Assembly: GCA_965222115.1 (NCBI GenBank) | Contig: CBDCTJ010000001.1 | Location: 480,001-544,000, forward strand | Direction: 5' to 3' | Source: Planctomycetota bacterium | Lineage (GTDB): Bacteria > Planctomycetota > PLA2 > JAEUHO01 | DNA: 64,000 nt | In this document: positions 48,930 to 58,360 of the stretch, in pieces | Numbering within the stretch: the first letter of the stretch is position 1 | How the letters are laid out: each line of letters opens with the position of its first letter | Notes under the pieces: model-generated | Database searches by the model: none | What the model was told of the DNA's origin: nothing | The model's input: the letters and a program-made list of their open reading frames with translations, nothing else | Position numbers and translations under genes: made by a program

Positions 48930-50291
48930 CTAGCCTCCGTGACCCGCATGGGGATCGGCCGGAGCCGCGGCGGCTTCAGGCAACATGAAACTCGGTTTCC
49001 CGGTGAGCTGTAGCTGGCTATCGATCAGAAACTGGCCACGCGTAACGACCTCTTCGTCTTCCTCAAGCCCGTCTAGTACCACGAGAGAATCGCGAATACG
49101 AAAGCCCGTCTTGATCTCTCGCGGTTCGTAGATGGCGGGCCAGCGGTTCTCCCCATTTTCCAACGGCCCCGCTTCCTGCGTCATGACGTAGACGATCTTT
49201 CGATCGCCGCCATCCAACACCGCACTGCGTGGAACAGTGAGGACATGGCCGGGTGGCTGCTTCGCTTTCGGATCGAGAACCTGTCCCCCTCTCGAAAGCG
49301 ACACAAGTACGCTCGCGTCCACGTAGGCACCGGGTTTTAGCCGACCCGTTGGATTGGGAAGATCCACTCGCACGCGAACCACGCGCCGCTTGGTGTCAAG
49401 CAGCGGATCAACAAACGAGATCGTTCCGCGAAACACTTCGCCAGGAAGGCTCGGCACGGCGACCTCGACCCGTTGCCCAACGAAAACGGCGCCTGCATCC
49501 TCTTCGAAAACATCCAACATGGCCCACACCGTTGAGAGATCAACAACGGAGAAGAGATTGCTCCCGGTCTTCACATAGTCGCCCACGCTGACGGATTTTC
49601 CGAAAACCGTGCCCGCAACGTGGGCAACAAGATCAACGTGATCCCGCGCTTTCCCGTCGCGTTCCACAGCCGCAATGAACGACTCCGGCACGCCAAGCAA
49701 CTCGAGCCGGCGCTTGGACGCTTTGTAGATGGATGCCGCGCCTTCAAGGAGGGAGTCGCTCGCCTTGTCGATTTCATCCAGCGCGTGCTTGGCCGAAAGA
49801 AGTTCTTCCTGCGCGGCAACGAGTTCGGGAGCATAGATAGACGCCACACGCTGCCCCTTGACTACCGTATCGCCTGTAAAGTCAACAAAGAGACGCTCAA
49901 GGCGGCCGCCCACCCCCGCCGTCACCTGCGACTCCAATCGTTCATCGCGACGAATATGACCCAACGCCCGCAGGCGGTGGACTCCTTCGGTACGCACGAC
50001 AACCGCAGTACGAACGCCTGCCATGAAACGCTCGCGATGTCCGAGACGTACCTGACGGCCTTCGTCTACGACGGGCTCCATATCCATGCCACACACGGGG
50101 CACGTGCCGGGTGCGTCCTTCATGGTGCAAAACATGGGACAGGCGTACTTTCGACCGTCACCAAGGCTCGCGTCTACCTGATTGGGTGCGTCGCGAAACA
50201 ACCAAGAATGAGGCGTTGCCGCTACGGCAAGGGCGCCCACGCACAAGCCCACCACGAGCCCTATCCAACTACGGTTCACAGGCGCGGACAC
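48930..50291 (-). CDS. cusB: CusB-like membrane fusion protein with a heavy-metal-binding domain
   Basis: 'YACPMFC...CPVCGMDM', 'IYAPELVAAQEE', 'DLSTVW', 'GQFLIDS'. Confidence 0.9.
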   Translation of the reverse strand: MSAPVNRSWIGLVVGLCVGALAVAATPHSWLFRDAPNQVDASLGDGRKYACPMFCTMKDAPGTCPVCGMDMEPVVDEGRQVRLGHRERFMAGVRTAVVVRTEGVHRLRALGHIRRDERLESQVTAGVGGRLERLFVDFTGDTVVKGQRVASIYAPELVAAQEELLSAKHALDEIDKASDSLLEGAASIYKASKRRLELLGVPESFIAAVERDGKARDHVDLVAHVAGTVFGKSVSVGDYVKTGSNLFSVVDLSTVWAMLDVFEEDAGAVFVGQRVEVAVPSLPGEVFRGTISFVDPLLDTKRRVVRVRVDLPNPTGRLKPGAYVDASVLVSLSRGGQVLDPKAKQPPGHVLTVPRSAVLDGGDRKIVYVMTQEAGPLENGENRWPAIYEPREIKTGFRIRDSLVVLDGLEEDEEVVTRGQFLIDSQLQLTGKPSFMLPEAAAAPADPHAGHGG

Positions 50292-50293
50292 GA

Positions 50294-50749
50294 CTAGTCA
50301 CCCTTCGCATTGGCCAACTCGGCATCGACCCTCTTCAAGTACTTCTCAGGATTCTTCAAGAACAGCGTGTCGCAACCGGGACAACAGAATCCAATTCGAC
50401 GGTCCTTGTAGTCCACGAACACGGCGGGATCGACGGCGTTGCCCATGACCGGACACACGGCGTTCTCAGGCGCACCGCCGGACGCGGAAGCTGCCGATGG
50501 ATCATGGGTCGGCGATTCGTCAGGTGCGGGCGCAGGTGCAGGCGCGGGCGCAGGCGATGATGCCGGAGTCGATTCACCGCCTAACGATGAACCGGACGAA
50601 GGCTGAGGGCCTGGGTGTGCGTGGGCGGCACGCTCAGGCGTCGGCGTGCTCGGCAACTTCTTTTCGTGATCCAACTGAGCGGCCCGAATGAGAAACACCA
50701 CCAGTGCACCCACAATGAGACCCATAAGAAAGAGAGTCGATGTCTTCAC
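50294..50749 (-). CDS. Membrane-anchored YHS domain protein
   Basis: N-terminal TM, Pro/Ala linker, 'NAVCPVMG...IGFCCPGC...PEKY'; GAGG RBS. Confidence 0.85.
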   Translation of the reverse strand: MKTSTLFLMGLIVGALVVFLIRAAQLDHEKKLPSTPTPERAAHAHPGPQPSSGSSLGGESTPASSPAPAPAPAPAPDESPTHDPSAASASGGAPENAVCPVMGNAVDPAVFVDYKDRRIGFCCPGCDTLFLKNPEKYLKRVDAELANAKGD

Positions 50750-51006
50750 AATAGTTCCTCACCTTCGAATTCCAATCGACGTCGTTTGGCCAAACGGATA
50801 TGCGCAAGCACGCCGCGCGGTTAGCGCGGATTGGCTAGGAAGTGCGCCAGCACGTAGTCCACGTGCGGCGGTATGTCGCGCCGTTCGATCTGAAGTCCCG
50901 AGCCTCATGGAATCGAAGGCATCAAAACGGGCTATTCAGGTGCGGGGCGAGCGATGGATGCAGCGGAGTTGGGCTGCGGCGCTAGTCCAGCTCGTCCATG
51001 AGCGTG

Positions 51007-51468
51007 CTAAATCAGAAAGACAGTCAATCCCGGTGGTGCAATTCGCCAGGGTGGAAAAGCATCGCTCGTAACACGTCTGCGATTGGCTGACAGCTCAACG
51101 TTGCCAATCAGCGGCGAGGCTGTCGATAGAAAGGCGAGATCAAGATGCGCTAGACGCGCATCGCCGAACGAAACACACTCCGTCGCGTCGAACAGACTCG
51201 TTCGGGTACCTGGGCAGATCGTAGTGCTTGGCTCGTTCCCCGACGGGGAATCCTGGTTAACCGTTCAACAAGGCGCCTTCACGGCCCCGGCGGACCCGTT
51301 CGCAAGCGACGGCGTAGCAGCACCATGCGCCCAGTGTCCACAAGAACGAACGCAGTGTCCACAAGAACGAACATTCTCGGGCCCACACTGGCAGGGGCGG
51401 TACAGATCACCATGCGCGACATTGAGCATCGCAAGCGATAACAGGAGGCTGGAAATTGCGCGGATCAT
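51007..51468 (-). CDS. Cys/His-rich DUF2946/CruR-like leader protein with an in-frame Cys-TGA (candidate Sec68, or a nonsense mutation)
   Basis: Frame continues 85 sense codons past the TGA at 51265-51267 to ...FPPWRIAPPGLTVFLI-TAG; hydrophobic N-terminus; CQC, CGHC; hairpin follows the TGA. Confidence 0.6.
51236..51250 (-). promoter_or_regulatory. Bacterial SECIS-like hairpin
   Basis: UUCCCC-GUC-GGGGAA; loop begins 20 nt downstream of the UGA. Confidence 0.5.
51332..51372. repeat. 21-bp tandem duplication
   Basis: cagtgtccacaagaacgaac occurs twice with period 21; encodes VRSCGHC-VRSCGHW on the minus strand. Confidence 0.9.
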
Positions 51469-51575
51469 GAACCTACACACTATAGGCGAAGCGATGGGGA
51501 ACGCCAATCGGACGAACGACATCACGCCTTTGTGCCGTGGTTTCCCGAAGTTTTCGAAATATCGCCGTGAGCGAA

Positions 51576-52904
51576 CTAAAAGTCAACCACCACTGACACC
51601 CCAATGATGTCCACTGAGTTCTCCGTATGGCCGACGAGGCGACCTGCGGCAGGCGTGGTGCGATCGACGTCGCCGTCGTCGATGAAGAGATGGGCGTAGC
51701 TGGCGTTAATCTGAATATTGCGGGTGAGTTGATAGCCCACGCCGGCTGCGACCCAAAGGCGATCGTTACCGGGAATGCGAGGCGTGCGAGTTTCGTCGGG
51801 AATCGGCGACTCATCGTAGGCTACGCCAAAACGAAACGTCCAGCAGCGATTGGGCTGGTAAATCAACCCCGCGGAGTAGCGCATGGTGTCGTCCCAGTCG
51901 AGCGCAAGGGAGCTCACGGGCTCCGTGGGGTTCTCGAATTCGATATCGGCCGAGTCGAAACTACTCCAGCCGGTCCACGTAACGTCAGCCAAGAACGACC
52001 ACTTACGGTTGAGCTTGCGGAAGTAGCTCAGGGAAAGCGTGTCGGGCATCGTGATGTCTACGCTGGCATCGGTATCCACGAAACGCGCTCCGCCGATCGC
52101 ATTGGCGATTGCGTCCATGCCTGAAAAATCGGCTTCACCCTCAAGTTCATGCTCGATCTTTGAGCGGTAATGCAAACCGATGCGCGTGCAGCAATCCGGG
52201 TGAACCATGAGACCCACGTTCCACCCAAAGGACCAGTCGTCACCGGTCACGTCAACAAAGCCGTCGTTTTGTTGGGGTGTGAAACCAAGAGCGCCCCCCA
52301 GTTGTGTGGCGTCAATCAGTCCCCCGTCGATGGCGTTTTCAAGTGTGGCCTCCGCGTACTGCACATTGAAGCCAGCCCCGAAGGACCAGTGGCGATTGAG
52401 CTTCACCGCGAAGGCGGGGTTGATATTGATTGTGGTGAGTTCAGAGTTCGTCGCGTGATAACGGCCGATCCAATCCTCGCCCCAGTCACTGCGAAGTCCG
52501 AAAGGGGCGTTCACGCTGATTCCCAGACGAAATCGATCCCCCATCGGCACGACACCAAAGAGACTGGCTACAGGTACGGTCACGCCACCATCGCCGCCGT
52601 CGCCACCCAACAGCGGCGTACCAAGACTACTGATGGACCCCTCATCCTTGAACTTCCCTGAAGGAAAGATGACATGGCCCGAGCCAACCCATTGCCGTCG
52701 TTTCAGCACGGTCATACCCGCGGGGTTCCACCACACCGTACTGGCGTCTTGCGCGGCAGCCGCTTGACCGGCTTGCGCATTGCCAAGACCCGATCCCGTT
52801 TCGACAATGGCAACACCACTGGCAAAGGCCGTGGACCCATAGAGCAGCGCGAGCACAAACGCGAATAGCGATAGCGCTACGCCACCGCGAGTCGAGTGGT
52901 TCAT
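51576..52904 (-). CDS. FadL/OmpP1 outer membrane transporter
   Basis: 'DASTVWWNPAGM', 'APFGL', 'ININP', 'WTGWSSF', 'RTPRIP'; terminal Phe. Confidence 0.93.
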   Translation of the reverse strand: MNHSTRGGVALSLFAFVLALLYGSTAFASGVAIVETGSGLGNAQAGQAAAAQDASTVWWNPAGMTVLKRRQWVGSGHVIFPSGKFKDEGSISSLGTPLLGGDGGDGGVTVPVASLFGVVPMGDRFRLGISVNAPFGLRSDWGEDWIGRYHATNSELTTININPAFAVKLNRHWSFGAGFNVQYAEATLENAIDGGLIDATQLGGALGFTPQQNDGFVDVTGDDWSFGWNVGLMVHPDCCTRIGLHYRSKIEHELEGEADFSGMDAIANAIGGARFVDTDASVDITMPDTLSLSYFRKLNRKWSFLADVTWTGWSSFDSADIEFENPTEPVSSLALDWDDTMRYSAGLIYQPNRCWTFRFGVAYDESPIPDETRTPRIPGNDRLWVAAGVGYQLTRNIQINASYAHLFIDDGDVDRTTPAAGRLVGHTENSVDIIGVSVVVDF

Positions 52905-53976
52905 GATTGCCCCTCCCAGGCAGAAAAATGAACGCGCCAAGTGCATCTCCCACCATGCACTCGGGCGTTCGCGGCAATCGCACGTAGGATCCACGACGCG
53001 ACCGCCACTCGTAGGAATCGGAGACTTTCGACTGTTTACTCAAGCCGGACCGCCCCGACGCGCGCTTCAACTTGCAATTCTGGCCGGAATCGCACTTCCC
53101 GTACTCGTGTTGTTAGCGCCGATCCCCAAGAGTTCACGCTTCGTCGGCGCATTCACGAACGCCGGTCATCTGGTACTCGGGGCGCTGGTGACGTGGGCGT
53201 TCTACACGTTGTTTCGGCGGCGTCGCGTACGCCGACTTCCGGCGGCAATCGGGGCGTGGCTGCTTGGCTTTCTATTGCTTGGCGTCATGGAAGCGATTCA
53301 GGGGCTCGTCGGCCGCGGGCCGTCGTGGCATGACGTTGCGGCGAACGGACTGGGTTGCGCATTGACGCTCGTTTGGTTGCTGGGCATGAGGGGCAATGGC
53401 GCGCGCGCCAAAATGTGGACCGGATGCATGGCCGGCATGATTTTGCTCGCGGGACTTGCGCGGCCGATTCTTCACGGGATCGATGCATTGCGACAACAAC
53501 ATTCGTTTCCCCTGTTGGCATCCTTTGAGGATCCGCTTGAACTTTCGCGCTGGCGAACGACAGAGAATTGCGTCATTGCCCGCGATACACGGCATGTCAC
53601 GCGCGGCGCAAACGCCTTGCGCGTCGATCTCAGACCGGGTCCGTGGCCCGGAATCACATTCGCGTCACCGCCAAGAGACTTTCGGCGTGAGACATACAAT
53701 GCGCTTGTCTTTGACATTTTCGTGGACGGCAGCAAACCGCTATCATTGACCCTCAAAGCTGCCGACCTTGCGCACAACGAGTCTTACGAAGACGCGTTTC
53801 ACCGCACGAGCACACTCAATCCGGGAGCAAACACAGTTCGCATCACACTCGAAGACATGCGACGTGGCCCGAAGGCTCGCACGTTGAATCTAACGCGAAT
53901 GATGTCGATCCAGATGTTCGTCGAGTCACTCAATGAGCCACGCACGTTCTTTATGGATCATGTGCGGTTGGAGTAG
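52903..53976 (+). CDS. VanZ-like membrane protein with a C-terminal carbohydrate-binding-like domain
   Basis: 'NAGHL...EAIQGLVGRGPSWHDVAANGLG'; beta-rich C-terminus 'FFMDHVRLE'; start uncertain. Confidence 0.7.
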   Translation: MIAPPRQKNERAKCISHHALGRSRQSHVGSTTRPPLVGIGDFRLFTQAGPPRRALQLAILAGIALPVLVLLAPIPKSSRFVGAFTNAGHLVLGALVTWAFYTLFRRRRVRRLPAAIGAWLLGFLLLGVMEAIQGLVGRGPSWHDVAANGLGCALTLVWLLGMRGNGARAKMWTGCMAGMILLAGLARPILHGIDALRQQHSFPLLASFEDPLELSRWRTTENCVIARDTRHVTRGANALRVDLRPGPWPGITFASPPRDFRRETYNALVFDIFVDGSKPLSLTLKAADLAHNESYEDAFHRTSTLNPGANTVRITLEDMRRGPKARTLNLTRMMSIQMFVESLNEPRTFFMDHVRLE

Positions 53977-54097
53977 GCGCGGCCCAATGACTCTATGCAC
54001 GCGCAACCGCTGATCCTTCGGAGCCCCAAATGGCTGCGCCTCACTGGTGCAAAAAATTGAAGTCTTGATGCCTATAAGGTGATGCTATGATGTGTAG

Positions 54098-54364
54098 ATG
54101 CGGACAACCCTTACCCTCGACGACGCGCTGTACCTCGATCTCAAGCGGGCTGCAGAGGCCTCTGATGCAAGCTTCAAAGACACCGTCAACAAGGCTCTGC
54201 GAGCTGGCTTGGCAGCAATGGGCAATCCACCGAAGCGGAAGAAGCGCTTCCGATCCCCCACGTTTGATCTAGGTCCCCCACTTGTAAACCTCGACAAAGC
54301 GCTCTCGCTGGCCGGGAAACTCGAGAACGAGGAAGTTATTCGAAAAATGCGCACAAGAAAGTGA
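54098..54364 (+). CDS. vapB: VapB-type antitoxin (ribbon-helix-helix)
   Basis: 'MRTTLTLDD...SFKDTVNKALRAGL'. Confidence 0.85.
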   Translation: MRTTLTLDDALYLDLKRAAEASDASFKDTVNKALRAGLAAMGNPPKRKKRFRSPTFDLGPPLVNLDKALSLAGKLENEEVIRKMRTRK

Positions 54365-54486
54365 CGCGGAAAGAGATGCGTTTCATCAAGCGCCGCAATG
54401 ACAGTCAGCGCTGCGACTCCTGCCAACGCAACTACTTCAATCAACCATAGATGCGCTTGCCCATGTCGAGCGTCGAGGTGTAGCCC

Positions 54487-54915
54487 TTGATCATTGTAGA
54501 TGTCAACATACTTCTCTACGCAGTGAATACGCGCGCGAACAAGCACAAGGCGGCGGTGCAATGGTGGGAGGATTCACTCGCTCAGATCACGCCCGTCGGA
54601 GTTCCTTGGATGGTCGTGGTTGGCTTTCTTCGACTGGTCACACACCCCAGCATCATGACCCGTCCTCTCTCCGTAACCGACGCAATCGCAACGATGTCCT
54701 CGTGGCTTGAGCAGCCCCCTGTCCGCACGGTTGTGCCAACGGAAAGGCATTGGCCTATCCTGAGTCACTTGCTGACGGATCTTGGTACGGGAGGAAACAT
54801 CACAAACGACGCACATCTAGCTGCGATGGCGATCGAACACGGCGCAACAGTTTGCTCATGTGATAGTGATTTTATTCGGTTTAAAGGAGTGCGCTGGATC
54901 GACCCGCTCGCATAA
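54487..54915 (+). CDS. vapC: VapC PIN-domain toxin
   Basis: 'IIVDVNILLYA', 'FLRLVT', 'DAHLAAMAIEHG', 'DSDF'. Confidence 0.93.
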   Translation: MIIVDVNILLYAVNTRANKHKAAVQWWEDSLAQITPVGVPWMVVVGFLRLVTHPSIMTRPLSVTDAIATMSSWLEQPPVRTVVPTERHWPILSHLLTDLGTGGNITNDAHLAAMAIEHGATVCSCDSDFIRFKGVRWIDPLA

Positions 54916-54927
54916 CCCGCGCGTTCC

Positions 54928-55527
54928 TCAGAATAACCACCGCAAGGACCCATACACAGCGCCACCCATTAATGCGTAGCCAACGATGTTATCGAAGAGG
55001 GACGTCCAGAAGTAGCGGCGAGGAAAGCCCATCCAGATGACTTGGGCGCCGAAACCCGCGAAGGTAATGAAGGCACCAAGCGCCGCAGAAAAGATCACCG
55101 TGTCAAGACAACCACTGACACCAAACATGCCTGCCGCAAGCACAATGAGCAATGCCAACACCACGCCTTCCAAGACGTTGTTAAGAAAACCATAGAGAAA
55201 CGTCTTGCCATTCATGCACCCGCCGTCGGGTACGCCGAGCAGCATCGCATTGGGACCGCTCTTCATGCGGGCTTGATAGTCGGGATCCCCCATGCCTTTC
55301 GCGTAGTTCTTGTAGTGGGGCAAGACATAGAACGTGCGTCGTAGCTTGTTCTCACGCAATGCCGCCTCGAGAGGCGCCGGATCGGAAACGGCGTCGAAAT
55401 CGCCGTGGTGGTGCGGCATCGCCATCCATGCGATGGCATTCCAAATGAATCGCACGAGGCCAGCAAGGGCGCCAACAATGAGAACCTCTTTCCAGGGAAT
55501 CACAATCGCTGCAAGTGCTACAGACAT
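54928..55527 (-). CDS. Hypothetical membrane protein (about 4 TM)
   Basis: Hydrophobic segments; 'WMAMPHH'; GAGG RBS. Confidence 0.7.
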   Translation of the reverse strand: MSVALAAIVIPWKEVLIVGALAGLVRFIWNAIAWMAMPHHHGDFDAVSDPAPLEAALRENKLRRTFYVLPHYKNYAKGMGDPDYQARMKSGPNAMLLGVPDGGCMNGKTFLYGFLNNVLEGVVLALLIVLAAGMFGVSGCLDTVIFSAALGAFITFAGFGAQVIWMGFPRRYFWTSLFDNIVGYALMGGAVYGSLRWLF

Positions 55528-55563
55528 GCCACCTCTTTCGTTGAAGTCTCGTTTTGGTTTCGG

Positions 55564-56032
55564 TTACTGCGGCCTCGACTCGCCGTAACGTTTCATGTCG
55601 CTGGCGGGCAAAGGCACGGAAACATCCATTGACTGCATGGCGGACGTCTCATTTCGCACCGTAAACTTCACTTCGAGTCCACGGACGTGTGACGAACCCT
55701 CACCGCATTCAGCGAAAACGTAATAGCGACCGGGCACCATCGTCAATGTCGTTTTTTGACCGGTGAAGGGGCGTCGTGCCCACGTGGGCTCGCGCCCCTG
55801 ACTCCGCTCCGCAAGTCGCTCCTGCATCCGAACGAACCGAAAGCGGTAGTCATCCAGGGTTTCCGGCATCGCCACCGTGCGGCCATCGCCCACGTCCGAC
55901 ACAAGGCGAAATCGAACCGCAACCGACCCATACGCTCCCAATCCGTAGCCAATGGGCGCCACCAATCGAACCGTATGCACCCAATACGAGCGAGGCGACG
56001 AGCGAAAGGCACCCTAAACGAATCGAATTCAT
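55564..56032 (-). pseudogene. Frameshifted secreted/membrane hypothetical (one extra base; pseudogene or sequence error)
   Basis: ATG at 56032 overlaps the DinB stop (ATGA); span is 469 nt = 3n+1; removing one base at 55954-55956 joins MNSIRLG...LGAYGSIGGA to IGYGLGAYGSVAVRF. Confidence 0.6.
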
Positions 56033-56541
56033 AAATCGTGTGACTCTCGCCGCATACGCGCGAGTCGGCGCGCCACGGCAATTTGAGCGGCGTGCCACAC
56101 ATCATGACGCGTGACCATGTGAAGAAACGACGCGACCGTCATGTCACGCGGCAACGCGATCTCAAGATCATCATCCGAAACCTCGGCAATGGCGGCTCGG
56201 AGGTCTTCATGGGCTTCGCGTAGCGCCGTTTGTGTCGCATCAAAGTCAGGCATCGCCTTCCACGGGCGCGGTTCGGGCATGGATGACGTGTGACGCGCAC
56301 GCACAACGTCGGCATAGTGCCGCTTGCAATGGGTCAGATGCGCAACATGCCAAGACACGCTGCCGGGAAGTGGCCAGCCCTCTTCCCGCTCAACATCGTG
56401 GTAGCAGGCATGTTGCCACGTCGCTTCTTCGGTCGTAACGCCCTTAAGTGAGGATTGCACGGACTCCCATGCGTGATCCCATGCGTCATCGAAACCATGC
56501 ACGATGGCCCCGACCGGCGATGATGTGTCATGTGTGGGCAT
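56029..56541 (-). CDS. DinB family protein
   Basis: 'SVSWHVAHL' and 'RHDVWHAAQI' His triad. Confidence 0.85.
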   Translation of the reverse strand: MPTHDTSSPVGAIVHGFDDAWDHAWESVQSSLKGVTTEEATWQHACYHDVEREEGWPLPGSVSWHVAHLTHCKRHYADVVRARHTSSMPEPRPWKAMPDFDATQTALREAHEDLRAAIAEVSDDDLEIALPRDMTVASFLHMVTRHDVWHAAQIAVARRLARMRRESHDL

Positions 56542-56677
56542 GGCGCGAAGGCCTCCGGTACGTGCGAGCGATCCGCAGGCGAGCCATCGTACGCGCGGAC
56601 CGCCGTTCGTCTTTGCTTGGTCACGCGTTGAGAGATTTCCGATTCGCCACGAGTGGTCCGCACGTAGTCTTTTGGGC

Positions 56678-57523
56678 GTGAAATCCACTTCGGCCACCAA
56701 GAAACGGCGTCTACTGCTTTGGGGCGCGCTCGGCATTGCCCTCGCTGCAGCCGTCACGCTGCTTGTCATGGCCAAGGGCAAAGAAGAAGACAGTGCCAAG
56801 CACTACTACGTTCGTATCCTCAATGAACGAGGACAGCCGGTGCCAACCGCGCGGTGCAGCGTACACAAAGACACGAAAACATGGGAGTGGGACCGCAAGA
56901 GCAGCGTGCTGTTGCTGCCAACGGGGCAAAAGCACTCGGTCATCGTGCATGCGCGCGGGTATCGCATTCGCAGGGTCGCGGGCATCGATCGTGACGGGAG
57001 CATTGAACTCGAACGCGGCATTCCCGTGGCATTCGACATCGAGGGCAATGCGGAGCTTCCCGCAGGGGAACGCGTGGTGCTGCTGCAGATACGTCCCGTG
57101 TTTCAAAGAGATCCCAACGAGAACCCCGCAGTACGCGCCGCGTTTGATGACCTCGTAAAGTTGCTCGACGTGCGCTCACCCGATCTCGGAAAACACCTTG
57201 AACTTCCGCGAGAGGGCTGGGGCTATCCGGTCACAATCGACGCGGCCAAGAAGGGCGTTTTGTTTCCAGATCCCGGCGAGTACACGGTTCACTGGGGTCT
57301 CTTGGATAAGAGCGCCGGCACGTGGTTTACGCTCGACGACGAAGCACAGGTTTCCTTCGAAGTTGCCGAGACTGTCGATCCGCAGAGAGTCATCCTCACG
57401 ATTGATAAAGAAGCCATGCAGGCAACACGTCGCGGCCTGCGACGACGGATCGAAGAAATCGAGCAACGCGAAGCCGACGATGCACAACGACGGGCCGATG
57501 GCGCCCTGCCCAGTGCCGAATAG
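56678..57523 (+). CDS. Membrane-anchored hypothetical protein
   Basis: N-terminal TM followed by a beta-rich domain; start uncertain. Confidence 0.6.
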   Translation: MKSTSATKKRRLLLWGALGIALAAAVTLLVMAKGKEEDSAKHYYVRILNERGQPVPTARCSVHKDTKTWEWDRKSSVLLLPTGQKHSVIVHARGYRIRRVAGIDRDGSIELERGIPVAFDIEGNAELPAGERVVLLQIRPVFQRDPNENPAVRAAFDDLVKLLDVRSPDLGKHLELPREGWGYPVTIDAAKKGVLFPDPGEYTVHWGLLDKSAGTWFTLDDEAQVSFEVAETVDPQRVILTIDKEAMQATRRGLRRRIEEIEQREADDAQRRADGALPSAE

Positions 57524-57625
57524 CTCCAGCGCACCAGCATCGATTCACAAGCGGGATCCCGACCTACACGTTGCATGACTCGCGGGTGCGATCCGCGCCC
57601 CCTCGGGCCGCGATACGATAAACGT

Positions 57626-58315
57626 ATGAACTCCAACCATCGCATGTGGCTGTTCGGTATGGCCATTGCCGTCTTGATGAGTACCGGGTGCAGCCAATCC
57701 GTCGAACACGGATCAAGTACCGCGCTGCCAACCGCCCATCCAGAACCTGCGGACACTCCTACGGTGCTGCATGCAGTCCCAAGCTCAAACCGAAACCAAG
57801 CGAAGGAGACGCCCGTGTCGAACAAGGAGTTGCCCAAGAGTGAAGCGGCGTGGCGTGAGCGACTCTCGCCCGAGGCGTATCGTGTACTTCGGCAAAAAGG
57901 CACGGAGCGACCGTTTACGGGCAAGTACCTCAAGACGAAGACCGCGGGCACCTATTGTTGCGCGGGGTGCGGCACGCCCATCTTTCGTTCCGATGCGAAG
58001 TTTGACAGCGGCTGTGGATGGCCAAGCTTCTTTGAGCCGCTGGATGGCGCAAAGTTGACGGAAGTACGCGACACGTCGCATGGCATGGTGCGCACTGAAA
58101 TCGTTTGCAAGACCTGCAAGGGTCACTTGGGACACGTGTTTAATGACGGCCCGAAGCCAACGGGCTTGCGCTATTGCATCAACTCGGTATGCCTATCGCT
58201 CTATCCAGACGCGGAACCCTCGAAGACGACCGTCACGAGCAAAGAGGACGACACATCAACGCCGCCGAGCGCCGCCACGCGCACGCCAAACAGCGATCCA
58301 AACACGTCGCGCTAA
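57626..58315 (+). CDS. msrB: Peptide methionine-(R)-sulfoxide reductase with a lipoprotein-like N-terminal extension
   Basis: [35 protein letters not shown]; two Zn CxxC motifs; lipobox MSTGC. Confidence 0.95.
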   Translation: MNSNHRMWLFGMAIAVLMSTGCSQSVEHGSSTALPTAHPEPADTPTVLHAVPSSNRNQAKETPVSNKELPKSEAAWRERLSPEAYRVLRQKGTERPFTGKYLKTKTAGTYCCAGCGTPIFRSDAKFDSGCGWPSFFEPLDGAKLTEVRDTSHGMVRTEIVCKTCKGHLGHVFNDGPKPTGLRYCINSVCLSLYPDAEPSKTTVTSKEDDTSTPPSAATRTPNSDPNTSR

Positions 58316-58360
58316 ACACGCATAACGCCAGGGGACGACGTGTGGGCAAGGAGGACCCGT

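Noticed and set aside
51083-51607. 174-aa plus-strand ORF containing CAQC/QCPQERT repeats
   Set aside because: Antisense to the minus-strand leader, which has a hydrophobic N-terminus, a family-like C-terminus and the same orientation as the flanking genes
57626-58315. Selenocysteine form of MsrB
   Set aside because: The catalytic codon in RYCINS is TGC (Cys)
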